The notes beneath the pieces are model-generated. The model searched no databases and was not told the origin of the DNA. It worked only from the letters and a program-made list of their open reading frames with translations. From assembly GCF_009914755.1 (NCBI RefSeq), contig NC_060934.1: a stretch of 64,000 nt of DNA; one strand, written 5' to 3'. Shown here piece by piece: positions 44,312 to 60,302 of this stretch. The position numbers were made by a program, and so were the translations under genes. The stretch comes from the human T2T-CHM13v2.0 reference genome, Homo sapiens. The number at the start of each line of letters is the position of its first letter. Within the stretch, counting starts at the first letter, position 1.

Positions 44312-44849
44312 TGAAGGTCATCGGGGAGAAAATAACTTCTCTACCCTCTTCGGTGTAGTATTTAAGGCCAGTGAATTAAACTAACAAAAGACACATCTCA
44401 CAGGATACGAGACATGCAATTTTATTAACATTTTACATGCACTGGAGTTCACAGAAAAGGAGTGAAAGTCGAAGTGGGAGGATTGGGGGCTTATATACCA
44501 TTTTAAACAAAGAAAAGGGTGTCTGCATTTCACGAGATGCTGAATTGCAGGAAGGTGACTAGGAAGAATATGCGGAAGCTAATGGAAGATGAGGGTTATT
44601 TTAGTAAGGTGTGTTTCTGCATCTCATCTCCATGCCAACTCACCATCTCCAGCAGTAAGACACAACTTTTCTGTTCCTGGTACAGCAGAGGGGAATTTTA
44701 CAAGGGAAAATTTGAGTCCTGGTTTTAGGTAGATGAGGGGAAGGCAGAGAATTTCTCCTGCATTTGTAGATTCTCAGCCACCTTCAGTTCAATATAATCC
44801 TTATGGCAAGGTCGCATATTTTGGGGATGACCTCTTCTGATCCCCTTCA
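44312..44849 (-). mobile_element. MER34-family ERV1 solo LTR
   Basis: tgaagg start; ccttcagttcaa.ataatc...catattttgggg...tccccttca end. Confidence 0.7.
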
Positions 44850-45282
44850 AGGTACAATTTGAAACCTTCTCCAAGTATTCTGAATTGCTTTCCTCTGGAG
44901 ACATTAATTTCCCCACCTCCCGCTATCACCTTTGAAATCATGCTCTAAGTAACCCTTCATATTATCACACTGTAAATTGGGATGTTTAAAGTTTGGTTGT
45001 TTATGCAGTTATAAATCAGCTTAATTATTTGTCATTCAGCTTCTAATAGCTTCTCTGCAAGAATAAGAAAGCTCATCTGATACTCGGCTGAAATCCAGAT
45101 TCGCTCATCCTTCCTCCCTCCCTCCCTTCTGCCTACTGCATGCCAGTGATCTCCCAGCCACCAGGAACAGAGTAAACAAAACAAAGCCCCTGCCGTCAGT
45201 AGGATTACAGTCTAGCTCGGAGAAATAGGCCACATGCAAATATATATGTAGATAATGTGTTGTAGCAGTAAGTGCTAAAAAA

Positions 45283-45651
45283 TAGTCTCTGTTCTGCTGC
45301 TATAATATTTTCACCTGAGTGATTTATAAACAATAGGAATTTATTGATCACAGTTCTGGAGGCAGAGAAGTCTAAGATCAAGGCACCGGTAGATTCAGTG
45401 TCTGGGGAAGGTTTGATCTCTGCTTCACATGTGGCCTCTTGTTGCTGTGTCTTCATGTGGGAGAGGGAGTGGAAGGGCAAAAAAGGATGGACAGGCTCCT
45501 TCAATCCCTTTTATAAAGGCATAATCTTATTCATGGGGGCCCCACACTCATGACCTAACTACCTTGTTAAAGCCCCACCTGCTGATAACTATAGCCTTGG
45601 AGATTAAGTTTCAACATATGAATTTTGGGGGAACATGTTCAGTCCATAGTA
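45283..45651 (-). mobile_element. MLT1A-type MaLR LTR
   Basis: cacagttctggaggc...aagatcaagg...tttcaacatatgaattttgggg. Confidence 0.85.
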
Positions 45652-45708
45652 AAAACTAAGAAGGTAAAGAGGATGAGGAGTTGGGGAGTGATAAAAATGG
45701 CTTCTGTG

Positions 45709-45960
45709 GGCCAAGCGCAGTGGCTCACACCAGTAATCCCAGCATTTGAAGTGTCTGAGGCGGGAGGATTGCCAGAGCTCAGGAGTTGGAGACCAGATTG
45801 GGCAACATAGTGTGACCCCTCATGGCAAAAAATCAAAAATTAACTGGCATGGTGGTCCACATCTGTGGTGCCAGCTACTCGGGAGGATCACTTAGAGGTT
45901 GCAGTGAGTTGTGATCATGCCACTGCACTCCAGCCTGGGTGACAGAGCAAGGCCCTATCC
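45709..45960 (+). mobile_element. AluJ with internal deletion
   Basis: Consensus match with gap in right arm. Confidence 0.88.
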
Positions 45961-45969
45961 CCCACCCCC

Positions 45970-46400
45970 CAGAGAAAAGCTTCTGTGAAGGTGACATTTG
46001 ATCAAAATTGTGAATGGAGTGAGAATGTGTCCATGTGGATATTTGAGGATAGATTATTTCAGGCAGTGGAAACCATAAAGGCAAAGCTCTGAAGCACATT
46101 CTAGGAACAGCCCAGATCCCAGTGTGTCTGAATACAGAGAAAGGGGAAAGAGAGGCAGGTCAAAGGTCACACAGGGACTTGCAGGCCAGAGATGCAGGCC
46201 ATGGGGAAGCCTTTGGACTATGTTGTGAATGTTAGAACATCTGATGGAAGGTGCTGAGCAAGAGTGGCATGATTTGATATAAACTTCAAATCTTAAAAGC
46301 CCTCATAAAAGAAAAACACTGATTGCTTTGTGGGGAAAAAGCCATGGGATTGGGAACCAGTGTGGAAGCGGGAAATGGGTCAGGTGGCCAGTAGTTGAGG
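45970..46400 (-). mobile_element. L2 fragment
   Basis: aaggtgacatttga...ttcaggcag..ggaa...gcaaag.tctga. Confidence 0.55.
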
Positions 46401-46443
46401 GGTGTTGTTGACCTCAGTCCTTACTCCAGTTTAATAACCATCC

Positions 46444-46737
46444 GGCTGGGTGTGGTGGCTCACGCCTGTAATCCCAGCACTTTGGGAGGCCAAGGAGGGT
46501 AGATCACCCAGGTCAGGAGGTCGAGACCATCCTGGCCAACATGGTGAAACCCCGTCTCTACTAAAAATAGAAAAAATTAGCTGGGTGTGGTGGCGCATGC
46601 CTGTAATCCCAGCTACTCAGGAGGCTGAGGCAGGAGAATTGCTTGAACCAGGGAGTCAGAGGTTACAGTGAGCTGATATCGCGTCACTGCACTCTAGTCT
46701 GCCGACAGAGCAAGATTCCATCTCAAAAAAATAAATA
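46444..46737 (+). mobile_element. AluS (Sc-like)
   Basis: TSD aataaccatcc. Confidence 0.95.
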
Positions 46738-46869
46738 ACCATCCAAAAACTGAACTATATGGCTTCCTTGATGGGGTTTGTTTTTCATCAACTTTTGCTG
46801 GCTCCTAGCAATTCTGCTTTTCATCTTTTTCTTTTTGTTACTACAAAATTTCCTTTTTTCTTTTTTTTG

Positions 46870-47310
46870 CTGGCTTTACTGAGGTATAATTGACAAATAA
46901 AAATTGTATATACTTATGATACATAGTGTGTGTGGTTTTCTGGGATTTTTGTTGTTGCTTTTTAAATTTTTTTTAAAGACAGGGTCTCACTGTCGCCCAG
47001 GCTGGAATGCAATGGCACAGTCACAGCGCCCTGCAGCCTTGATCTCCTGGGTTCAAGCCATCCTCCCACCTCAGCCTCCCAAGTAGCTGGGACTATAGGC
47101 ATGCGCCACCACACCCAAATAATTTTTATATTTTTAATAGAGACTTGGCCAGGCCAGTCTCGAACTCCTGGACTCAAGTGGTTCACCTGCTTTGGCCTCC
47201 CAAAATGTTGGGATTACAGGCGTTAGTCACCGCATCCAGCCTCAGTGTGATGTTTTGATATACATGTGTGTTGTATACATATACAGTTAAGGTAATTAAT
47301 GTATCTGCTT
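46870..47310 (-). mobile_element. Short L1MA 3' end split by an Alu
   Basis: ttta.tgaggtataattgacaaataaaaattgtatata...tgatgttttgatataca. Confidence 0.65.
46960..47241 (-). mobile_element. AluJ
   Basis: Consensus match. Confidence 0.9.
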
Positions 47311-47475
47311 TTATTTTCTAAGTACTTGCAAGCTCCTCGCCTCATAATTCCTTCTAGAACTTTCCTTGATTGAAAATCTAGTCCCCTGAATGAGGTGGAC
47401 ATACCAAGACAGGATGAGGGAGGTGGAAAGGATCTGTTCCTTGTAGTGGACACACCTGGTTTGAATCTGGCTATT

Positions 47476-47786
<311 letters not shown>

Positions 47787-47866
47787 TAGCTCAGGCAGAG
47801 TAATCGTATTACCTTTTTTTTTGTTGTTGTCATAAAATAAGATAATGCTTCTCTAAGAAATAAGTA

Positions 47867-48298
<432 letters not shown>

Positions 48299-48964
48299 CT
48301 ATACATAATTTTCTGCAGTATGAAGGCTGAACAGATCTTAATTTTTTCTACACATTTTTGTTTTTACTTTAGCATGCATTTGACTGAGTCGTAAAGTTTT
48401 TAAGGGTGTGAGATATGCTTTTTTATGTTTTAATCCCCAATTCAGTGCCTGAATGCTGACGGGTGCTACACAGACAGTGAATCAGTGGGTCTGTGCAAAC
48501 GAGGGCCAGTGAGAAACACCCTAGTGTCCTAACTGAAGGAAGAGGCCATTTCCAGTGACAGCACACTCATCAGTTCACCTGGAGTACCGGAGGCACGTTT
48601 TCAGGTTGACTAGGGAACCAATGAGGCTTCTGACAAGCAGGGGACTTGGGTGCAGGGCCAGCAGGAGCCCAGGCCTCCTTTCTAGCAAGCTGTGCTGTTC
48701 TGCCGGGCTTCTCCTGCTATGGGTTATTGAGTTCTGTTTCCTGAGAGGCATAAGGGGAAAGTGTAGACCCAACTCCTCAGATTGTCTTAAATAATTTGAG
48801 TAACTAATAGGCATTAAGTAATTTGAGCAAATATTGTTCTCCAGAGGTTGAGAATCCTTTATTGTCCCTTTCCTCCCAGGACCACTCAGTATAATGTTGG
48901 AAGAGAGCCTTCTGTCCTTATCCAGGTGCAGGGAATGAACCAGATGATTCAATTCCTACATACC

Positions 48965-49262
<298 letters not shown>

Positions 49263-49335
49263 ACGCCCTTTCTTAGACTAGACCCTGAAAAAGGATCCCT
49301 TTTCATCACTCCCACTGCTCTTAAGGATTCTCCCT

Positions 49336-49542
49336 GCTGTGGTCTAAATGTTCGTGTCCCCAGAATTCAAATGTTGAAATCCTAACGCCAAAGGTGATGG
49401 TTTTAGGAGGGGGTGCCTTAGGGAGGTGATGAGCTCATGAGGGTGGAGCCCTCATGAATGGGATTAGTGCCCTTAGAAAAGAAGCCCCAGAGAGCTTCCT
49501 CATCCTTTCCACCAGGAGAGGATGCAGAGAGAAGGTGTCATT
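49336..49542 (+). mobile_element. MLT1A-type LTR, 5' part
   Basis: tgttgaaatcctaa...catgagggtggagccctcatgaatgggattagtgccctt. Confidence 0.85.
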
Positions 49543-49549
49543 CTTTCCA

Positions 49550-50010
49550 CTGAGGACAGTCGAGTGCAAAGAGCCAGAACGATCTGGGTTAACATCCCAA
49601 TTCTATCACTTATTTCACTGTGTGTCCTTCAGCAAGTTACTGAATTGATTGTATTTTCTGTTTATTTAACAAATATTTATACAAAGAGCTTACCATTGCC
49701 AAGCATTATTCTAAGTCCTTCACAGATGATAATTCATTTAATGCTTGCAATAACTGCAAAAAATAGAAACTCTCAGTATCCAAGTTTTATGGCGGGAGCA
49801 GTGGGGAGACTGTGAAGTCACTTGTGCAACGTCCCACAGCTAGGAAAAAAGTAAGCAGGACTGCAACCTACGTATTTAGTACTAGAGGTGTTTAGTACCC
49901 GAGTGAGTTCACTTAATCCGCTCTGCTATGCTACTCTAGATTTCCGTAATTTGTAAGTAATTTGTAAAATAACAGCTTGACAAAGATTGCTGTGAGAATT
50001 CAGCCAATGC
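49550..50010. mobile_element. MIR fragments in both orientations
   Basis: gtgtccttcagcaagttactgaa; gtcacttgtgcaacgtcccacagctag. Confidence 0.5.
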
Positions 50011-50999
50011 TAGCTAGCTTCCTTCTCCCCTTCCATTTCATAGAGAGGGTAAAGTAACACACTGGTTTGAGTATTAGTGAAAGATGATGGCATTTAGAAT
50101 TGTAAATTGAGGGAACAAAGTAATCAATGATATCATGAGAAGCAAAAAAGACTTTTTTGGACTTTTGCAGTTGTACTAAGTTTCTATGGTTTTACCATTT
50201 GTTTTCTGGAAAGATTAAAAACCATTTTGTTGAACTGGTAATTCCAAGCTTTTAATTTTGTTTTCACCAAGTGTTTGTTGCTCATTTATTACACACATTG
50301 AATTTGCCCCAGTTTTTCCCTACCACAAGTATCTAATACAGTGAGATAGGTGTTTTGCTTCTGCCCATGGTTTTTTGGGTAATACCTGACATGCTAACAT
50401 TATTCTGTTATTTTTTCAGTTCATTATTAAAGTTGTTTGGGGGAATTTGAACACATCTGATTCCTCTCAGGAACGAGAGGGGAAATTGTCTAGCAGCTGG
50501 CACCCTGAGAACTGGTACAAATTACTATGTCCGATAGTTTATCTTGAACTACGGTGTTTATAACTACCAACAGAGCATCAATTTAACAAAAATTGCAGTA
50601 CTTAGTATTAAAAGAGGCTTGCACTTTAAAGAAGAATGTGGAGAATTTTCTTTTCCATTACACACGTACTGGCCATATTTTGGCAACAGAGTTTCCAGTG
50701 TCATTGGCTCTGAATTGAAAAACATGAGTGAGTATCCTTTCCTATGTACAGGAGATTTCCGAGGTACGTAATGTGATTGTTATTCATTATTCAGGTTACT
50801 TCTAGAGCTCTCTAAGCAAGATGTGCATGGGGAAATAAATATGAACGAGAGAGACCGTCTGTGTCCTTCTGATGCTTCATTCTGAAGACGGAAGGCCAGA
50901 TGTAACAAGCACAGTGAATACAGTGCTCTGGGATGTCAAAAAGAGAAGGGATAATTTATGACCGGGGCACCAGGAAGCCCTGTAGAAGTGGTGGGATTG

Positions 51000-51292
51000 G
51001 GCCAGGTGTGATGGCTCACGCCTGTAATCCCAGCACTTTGGGAGACCAAGGCAGGCAGATCACATGACGTCAGAAGTTTGAGACCAGCCTGGTCAACATG
51101 GTGAAACCCTGTCTCTACCAAAAATACAAAAATTAGCTGGGCGTGGTGGCACATGCCTGTAATTCCAGCTACTCAGGAGGCTGAGGCAGGAGAATCGCTT
51201 GAACCCAGGAGGAGGAGGTTTCAGTGAGCCAAGATCACACCATTACACTCCAGCCTGGGTGACCAGAGTGAAGCTCCATCTCATAAAAAGAA
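51000..51292 (+). mobile_element. AluS
   Basis: TSD agaagtggtgggatt. Confidence 0.95.
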
Positions 51293-52029
51293 GTGGTGGG
51301 ATTGTAGCTGAGCCTTGGAGAATAAATAAGACTTGGAGAAGTTGTGATGCCTGAGGAAGACTTTCCATGATGAAATAAAGAAACAGCCACAGCCAGAGCT
51401 CAGATGAGAGGAAATTTAAGGACCAGGGGTCCTTTTGGATGAAGCATGAAGCACAGAAGAATGGAGGGAAGGAAAGGGATGGCAGTCTGCATGAGAAAGG
51501 ACCTGAAATGGTATTTTCTGTGTGATTGACTATTTTCTTTCATTGAGTGAAGGTTTTGAACCAGGAAATGAAATCATCAGAGCAGAATTTTAAGCAAACT
51601 AATCTGGCTTGAAACTAAATTAGGCTGGAGTAAATGTTCAAGAGTGTGAAAGTGAGGTCATCTGTTGCAATACTTGGGCAGTAAGTAGCAGGGGCCTGAC
51701 ATGTTAAGGTGACTATAAGACTAGAAACAAGATCTCTGCAAGGAAAAGAATCAATGAGGCTGGACAAATAACTGGAGACAAGAGAGGAGATGGGTGATAA
51801 AGGGAGTGCTTTCTAATGTGTATTGGTAGATGTTTCCAGTGACACTACTTAGTATCACAGATGTTACTGAGACTTTGCTCAAGTCAACTTGTAATTGCAT
51901 GCACTGATTTTCTCTGTAAGACTTCTCAGAGCCTATAATATGCTAACATGCGCTGTGACACTCCAAGAAGAAGATGGTGTTGTCTAATTTCCCATACTTA
52001 TTTGTCCACAGAAACTCTTTTTTAAAAAT

Positions 52030-52332
<303 letters not shown>

Positions 52333-53244
52333 AGTTGATAGGTAAATGTGGAAAGGATCTAGGATTTTCTGGAACACTATTTTGAGACATGGTGTACTAC
52401 ATTTGGAGGATGATGGTGTGATTTATAAAAACTGGGAAGTTGACATTAGAATATGGTTTCCACTAAAGATAAGTTGACATCACCTTATCTTGTTGTTAAA
52501 ATGTGTTAAATTTGAGGCACCATAGACCGTGTATTTGGAAGCATGGAGAAAGTTGCATGTTTTGTGGAAGTAGAGCTAAGATGAGAGATTTGGATAGCAA
52601 GATTAATCTGGGGTTATCACCTAGGGGTGATCATTGAATTCATAAAGGTGAAATAGTAGGGAAAGGAGAATTTGAGTGGAGCGAATGACAGAATGTTGGG
52701 AAAGATCTGTAAGAGACAGAAGAACTGGCAAAGGCTAAGAAACAGTGGTCAGGGAGAAGGAGAATTCGGATCTTGCATTTTCAGCAAACTAGAATAGGAC
52801 TTTGCAGAGTCAGGGAGTGTTCAGCAACGTCAAATGCTGCAGAGAGAGGAGTGGGGGAGCTTTAAAGTTTGGAAAATAAGACATGATCACTGGCTTTGGA
52901 AAGAATTGTTTTATTAGAACATGGTAGGTGTGGAAGCCCAATTTAAGAAATCTTGGAGTGACTTTGAAAAAAAAAAAGGCATGAACAGAAAGTACATCAC
53001 ATCCCTGGTTAGAGCATTGTTAATGATATAAAATAAAGATTTAATGAAAGTTTAGAGGAAGAACAAGATTCAGATTTCTTTTTAAAAAAATCTTTACATT
53101 TTGCTCAACACAGGGAAATTCTTTGCCTCCAAACCCGAGAGCTATTTTTGTTTTCTTTTAAGGGCATGGGCAAAATGAACAGGATTAAGTAGAAGAAAAG
53201 AAGCAGAAAAGAAGGGATAATGGAGAGGGAAAGACACTTTCTTT

Positions 53245-53405
53245 TTGTTTTTTAATAGAGATAGGGTCTTGCTCTGTTGCCCAGGCTGGAGCGTAGTGGT
53301 ACAGTCACAGCTCACTGTAGCCTCAAACTCTTGGGCTTAAGCAGTCCTCCCACTTCAGCCTCCCAAAGTACTGGGATTATAGGGGTGAGCCACTGTACCT
53401 GGACC
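53245..53405 (-). mobile_element. Alu monomer (FRAM/FAM-like or arm-recombined)
   Basis: Single ~160-bp unit. Confidence 0.85.
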
Positions 53406-53427
53406 TACTACTAAAATCCCTGGAATG

Positions 53428-53731
53428 GTAGTTCTTAAATGTTAGCTTGGGCCGGGCATGGTGGCTCACACCTGTAATCCCAGCACTTTGGGAGGCCAAG
53501 GTGGGCAGATCACCTGAGACCAGCCTGGCCAACATGGTGAAACACCATCTCTACTAAAAACACAAAAATTAGCAGGGCATGATGGTGGGTGCCTATAATA
53601 TTATCCAGCTACTCAGGAGCTCTGAGGCAGGAGAATCACCTGAACCTGGGAGGCGGAGGTTGCGGTGAGCTGAGATTGTGTCATTGCACTCTAGCCTAGG
53701 CGACAAGAGCAAAACTCTCTCTCATTTAAAA

Positions 53732-53762
<31 letters not shown>

Positions 53763-53955
53763 GAAAGGAAAGAAAAAAAAGTTAGACTACAGAATTCCCT
53801 GCAGGACTTGTTTAAATACAGGCTTCCTGGCCTCAGCCCCAGAGTCTCTGTTCATCAGAAACTGGGTACAGCCTAAGAACCGGCCTTTCTAACAAGTTCC
53901 CAGGTGATGCTGATGCAGTTGACCTGGGGATGACAATTTGACAACCTCCACCCCA
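53428..53955. mobile_element. MER5A hAT MITE interrupted by the Alu
   Basis: tttctaacaagttcccaggtgatgctgatgc diagnostic. Confidence 0.75.
53449..53780 (+). mobile_element. AluS with small deletion and (GAAAA)n tail
   Basis: Consensus match. Confidence 0.93.
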
Positions 53956-54348
53956 GAGAAGGGAAAAATGTAGAATCTAGGTTGCAGGTCAAGGTGTGCC
54001 CTGGGAGAGAGAAAAGGCACATCTTTGTCAGGAAGTTACCAGGAATGAAAGAAGAAAGGGTGAATAAAAATACATAACAATTTGAAGTGCAGTTAGAAGA
54101 GAGATGACAGTCACTGGAATTGGAGAATTATGTCCTAGAGTCTAGAAAGTTGTCACTGTAGATTGTGAAGTTGTGACAGTGAAGATGGACAGGTAGAGAT
54201 GATACTGTGAGCCCAGTGCTGAAACCATCTAGGAAGGTGTCTGTAAGTGAACAAATGGACCTTATGAAGATAGGTCATGTCCTATGGTCTGGTAATGGTG
54301 TTGGGGCAGCAGAGCCCCTACCAAATTCCTTATGCTAAAACGAGAACG

Positions 54349-54786
<438 letters not shown>

Positions 54787-54799
54787 TTACATCGTGCTC

Positions 54800-54940
54800 T
54801 GCAAAAACTCCCTTTTTCTGTCCTCACAAGGACCCTATGGGATTCCTGCTATTATCTCCATTTTACAGTTAAAGAAATAAACTAACTTGCTAAGTTCACA
54901 ACTACTGAATGAGGAAGCCAGGAACGGAGTCCGAGCAGTC
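54800..54940 (-). mobile_element. MIR fragment
   Basis: attatctccattttacag...taacttgctaag.tcaca. Confidence 0.7.
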
Positions 54941-55833
54941 TATGGGAACTTGACAGAATCTCTCTCTGACTGTTGGCACGTGGGACTTCCCACTTCCCTT
55001 AACCATGTTAAAGGAACCCGGAGCATATCCCAGGGGCTGCACTGCATGCCATAGGGTTGTTCCCAGAGTGGCACTGTATGATTGAGGATGCAGGCCAGTT
55101 ACAGCAGAGAAGGGGCCTCAGAAAGGTCACACACCAGGACCAGTGTTGAGAACAAGAGGTAGGATGATGCAGGCTGGCTCAGGGCCCATGAAGGGCTGGA
55201 GCCCATTCTCACCAGCGTGGAAGACCCGGGGCTGGCGGCATGAGGCAGAAAGAAAGCACTTCATCAGGCTCAATGGCAACAAATCTCTTCAGTGGAAAAG
55301 TTCTGCTGTTTCCTCTGTATATCCCTTGGGTCTGTATCATTCTCAAAATGAGAAGTCTGTAAAGCCCAAAACTATCCGGTTAATGTGCAGTTCCAACCAG
55401 CTTAAAGAATAAACGGTAGGTAAAATGCCTGTGTGTTGTATTTCTCTTTATGTCTGCCTTTTAAAAACTGAAAGTGCATGTTTACTAAATCACAGGGTTT
55501 GAGTTGAGGAAAACACTACCGTTGTATGCCTACAGGCATGCATTAAGTAGGGCTAAAAGCATCCTTTAGCAAAAGTAGTTTCCTCTTTTCCTTGCTAAAT
55601 ATCTTGTATGCATTGTACCTGATCACCTAAAAGCCAGTGCTTTTAGTAATTATTGAAGAATAAGAAGGGCCTGTGGTGAATAATGTCGAAACAGTGTGAT
55701 GGGGGAGCTCACACGTGGTTGCAGTTGAAGGCAGAGAAGATGTGGGCCGTAAGGAATCCCCCAGGACTGGGTGTTCCTTCTCACTGCTTCTTCAGAAAAG
55801 CATTGTCAGAGTACGGGAGAGGGAGCAAAATAG

Positions 55834-56183
<350 letters not shown>

Positions 56184-57388
56184 CCGTTTGCTTTTTTTAT
56201 GAAAAGAATCACTACCAATATTTTAACATGTTACTTGGGACATATTTCAGCAGCTAGGATAACACATAATAGGGGAATCACTGGGAAATTTTATCATCTT
56301 ACCTATACATGCGATAAAAATCTATTAAAGTCAGCTCTATATCTTGGAGCAGACCTTGGGGGAAAATTAGTGCAGAGCTGGGATTTGAAGGATGGTGGGA
56401 ATTGGACACATTTGAGCATTTCCTCAGTGGTTCTTGCATTTCTCCTTATTTATCAGCCTCCTGATGTGAGAAAAGTAACTACTTAATGAAGAGATCCAAA
56501 ATAAAGAAGCAGCCATCTGGGTAGTTTAATCTTATAAATACCCAGCTGCAATTTTAAGAAGAGATTTAGAAGCATAGTGGTGTGTCTCGGGTTCCTGGAC
56601 CAGGTAGACCCACAAGCTGTCACCTCCCACCTGGCCCCTGCTCTGTTTCAGATTTTGTTCATTGCAGTCATGGATAGAGAGTTTCTGTCATGAAGACACA
56701 TCACATCTGCCACATCAGTTTAGCACTGTTCTAAACTAGGTTGCGACAGAATTTGTTCAATGTGAAGTTTTTCTGATTTGGTGTATATTAGGAAACTCAA
56801 TGTCTTTAGGGCTGTGTTTTTCCGATAAACACATTTTTCCCCTGCAGAGGATGTTTGACCATTTTCTTTGTTACTCCTCTCCCAGAAGAGAGGAAACTTC
56901 TCACCTGCAAGGACTTTTTGCTCCGCAGTTCCCTTCACACTCACATATTCTCCTGTGTCACAGCTCTGGGGTATGTCTTATGCTCACCCATCACGTAGTT
57001 CGTTATCACCACTACAGATATTGACAAGCTAGTGAAACCTGCGTTTTCATTGCATTTAACTTTGAAGGCACACATCTTTGAACAGAATGCTAGGTGCTAA
57101 TGTCATAGCTTACATCTAGATAGGGCTCTATTTATGATGCTGTTATGTTGTCTTCATAATCTATTGTGGTATTCAGTTTAGCTCATAACAGCTGTATAAA
57201 TTCAGGTTGCCAAGGGTAAAAGAGGTGACCCAACCTCCCATCTGGCTGTATTCCCCTTGCACACTCATATACCTGTCTCTTCTCAATGCCCTAATTCTAT
57301 CTCCTATAAAAAGTTTGCATCTTCATGAATTATTCCTATCTTAGTAAATTAATAAATGGCCTTTCAGAACAAGTCATAATAAAAATAC

Positions 57389-57686
57389 AGCTGGGCATAG
57401 CGATGCACACCTTTAATCCCAACACTTTGGGAGACTGAGCAGGAGGATTGCTTGATGACAGATGCTCGAGACCAGCTTGGGCAACAAAGTGAGACCCTGT
57501 CTTTACCAAATAGAAAAAAAATTGAATGGGCCCACGTGGTGGGGCATGACTATAGTCCTAGCTACTTAGGAGGCTGAAGCAGGAGGATTGCTTAAGCCCA
57601 GGAGGCTGAGGCTGCAGTAAGTCATGATGGTACCACTGCACTCCAGTCTGAGTGGCAGAGAAACACTGTGTCTCAAATAATAATAA
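57389..57686 (+). mobile_element. AluJ
   Basis: Diverged dimer. Confidence 0.9.
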
Positions 57687-57788
57687 GTAGAACCATAGCA
57701 CATTTAAAAAAAAATTATCTAGCTAATATCACATCAAAAGACTATCTTCAATTAATCTTTGCAAAAATAAAGGTTATCAAGGTTGACC

Positions 57789-57956
57789 TTTTTTAATTTA
57801 ATATTTTAAAGTCAGGGTCTTGCTCTGTTAGCCAGGCTGGAGTGCAGTAGCACAATCATAGCTCCCCTGTCACCTCAAACTCCTGTGCTCAAGCCATCCT
57901 CCCACCTTGGCCTCCTGAGGAGCCAGGACTACAGGTGCACACCAACACACCGGGCA
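57789..57956 (-). mobile_element. Alu right-arm fragment
   Basis: Monomer. Confidence 0.85.
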
Positions 57957-58189
57957 AGGTTAGCCTTATAGACAGAAGTTCTCTACCTAGGATGATTTCT
58001 ATATTTTTGTTCACCAAAAAAGGTTCTCTGGCCTACCAGCAGCACCCTGGCTGCTTTTGCTGACTCTAGTCATTCCTTAATGAGTATACCTGGTAGATTC
58101 TTACTGGACTATACCTTAGTGCAGAAGGATATTAGAATATCCCACGCTTGATAGCAGACCTGGTTGAAGAGGCCAACACAAACCAGAGT

Positions 58190-59322
<1,133 letters not shown>

Positions 59323-59574
59323 AGACAGTCTCTATTCTCTTGAAATGTAAACAGGACAGTGAGGGGTAAAATAAAATGGACAGTTATCATGTAGAGTGAT
59401 GGGTGCTTTGATGGGAGAAGGGTTCTGTCCCTTAGGAACATTCAGGGGAAGTAGTACCAAATACTCAGGAATTAGAGAAAGGGTCCAACAGAAAATGATA
59501 TCTACAGATTTCAAGGATCCCTAATAAGTACCTATATTGTGTTACTGTATTAACATTAATGTTTCATTTAAAAC

Positions 59575-59822
59575 CAGCGTTTTTCAACCTTTGTCATTAA
59601 TCGCCCCCTTAAGGGGCCTTTTCTAGGCAGTTTTTTTCCTAATCACCATCCCTCCCTCCATAAAATTTCATACCACAGACATGTCTATACCACCGTGTAT
59701 TTTTCTAGGTACTGTATGTGTATCTCTACTTTATACTCAAAATGAGTAAGATTGTTTTTTTACCCCCTAAGAACAAACGTTTGCCCCCTTGGGGATGAGA
59801 TTGCCCCTGTTGGGAATGCATA
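59575..59822. mobile_element. Probable hAT-type MITE
   Basis: cagcgtttttcaac start and gttgggaatgc end resemble degenerate TIRs; family not identified. Confidence 0.4.
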
Positions 59823-60007
59823 TATTAAAGCATTTAATATCAATCATAGGACCAAGTTTTAAAGAAAATGCAGTTGGTACGTCTGCACAGTACTTGCACT
59901 TTAAATGTCAATGGACTGTGTAGTATTTCAAAAGCACACACATGCACAATTTTCTTTCCAATGGAGGAGACAGATGATACTGGTTTTTTCAAAAGTGTGA
60001 TATCGAT

Positions 60008-60302
60008 GGATACTGTGGCTCACGCCTGCAATCTCAGTATTTTGGGAGGCCAAGGCAGGAGAATTGCTTGAGGCCAGGAGTTCAAGGCCTGCCTGGGCAA
60101 CATAGAAAGACTGCCCCCCGCTACAAAAAAATTAAAAAATTAGCCAGACGTGATAGCAGGCACCTGTGGTCCCAGCTGCTGTGGAGGCCAAGGTGGGAGG
60201 ATCACTGGAGTGCAGGAGTTCAAGGCTGCAGTGAGCTATGACTGTGCCACTGCAGCCTTGGGTGACAGAGTGAGACCCAATCTCTTAAAAAAAAAAAAAA
60301 AA
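60008..60302 (+). mobile_element. AluJ
   Basis: Consensus match. Confidence 0.9.

Noticed and set aside
46561-46570. Perfect MEF2 site CTAAAAATAG
   Set aside because: One substitution from the Alu linker consensus; expected frequently by chance
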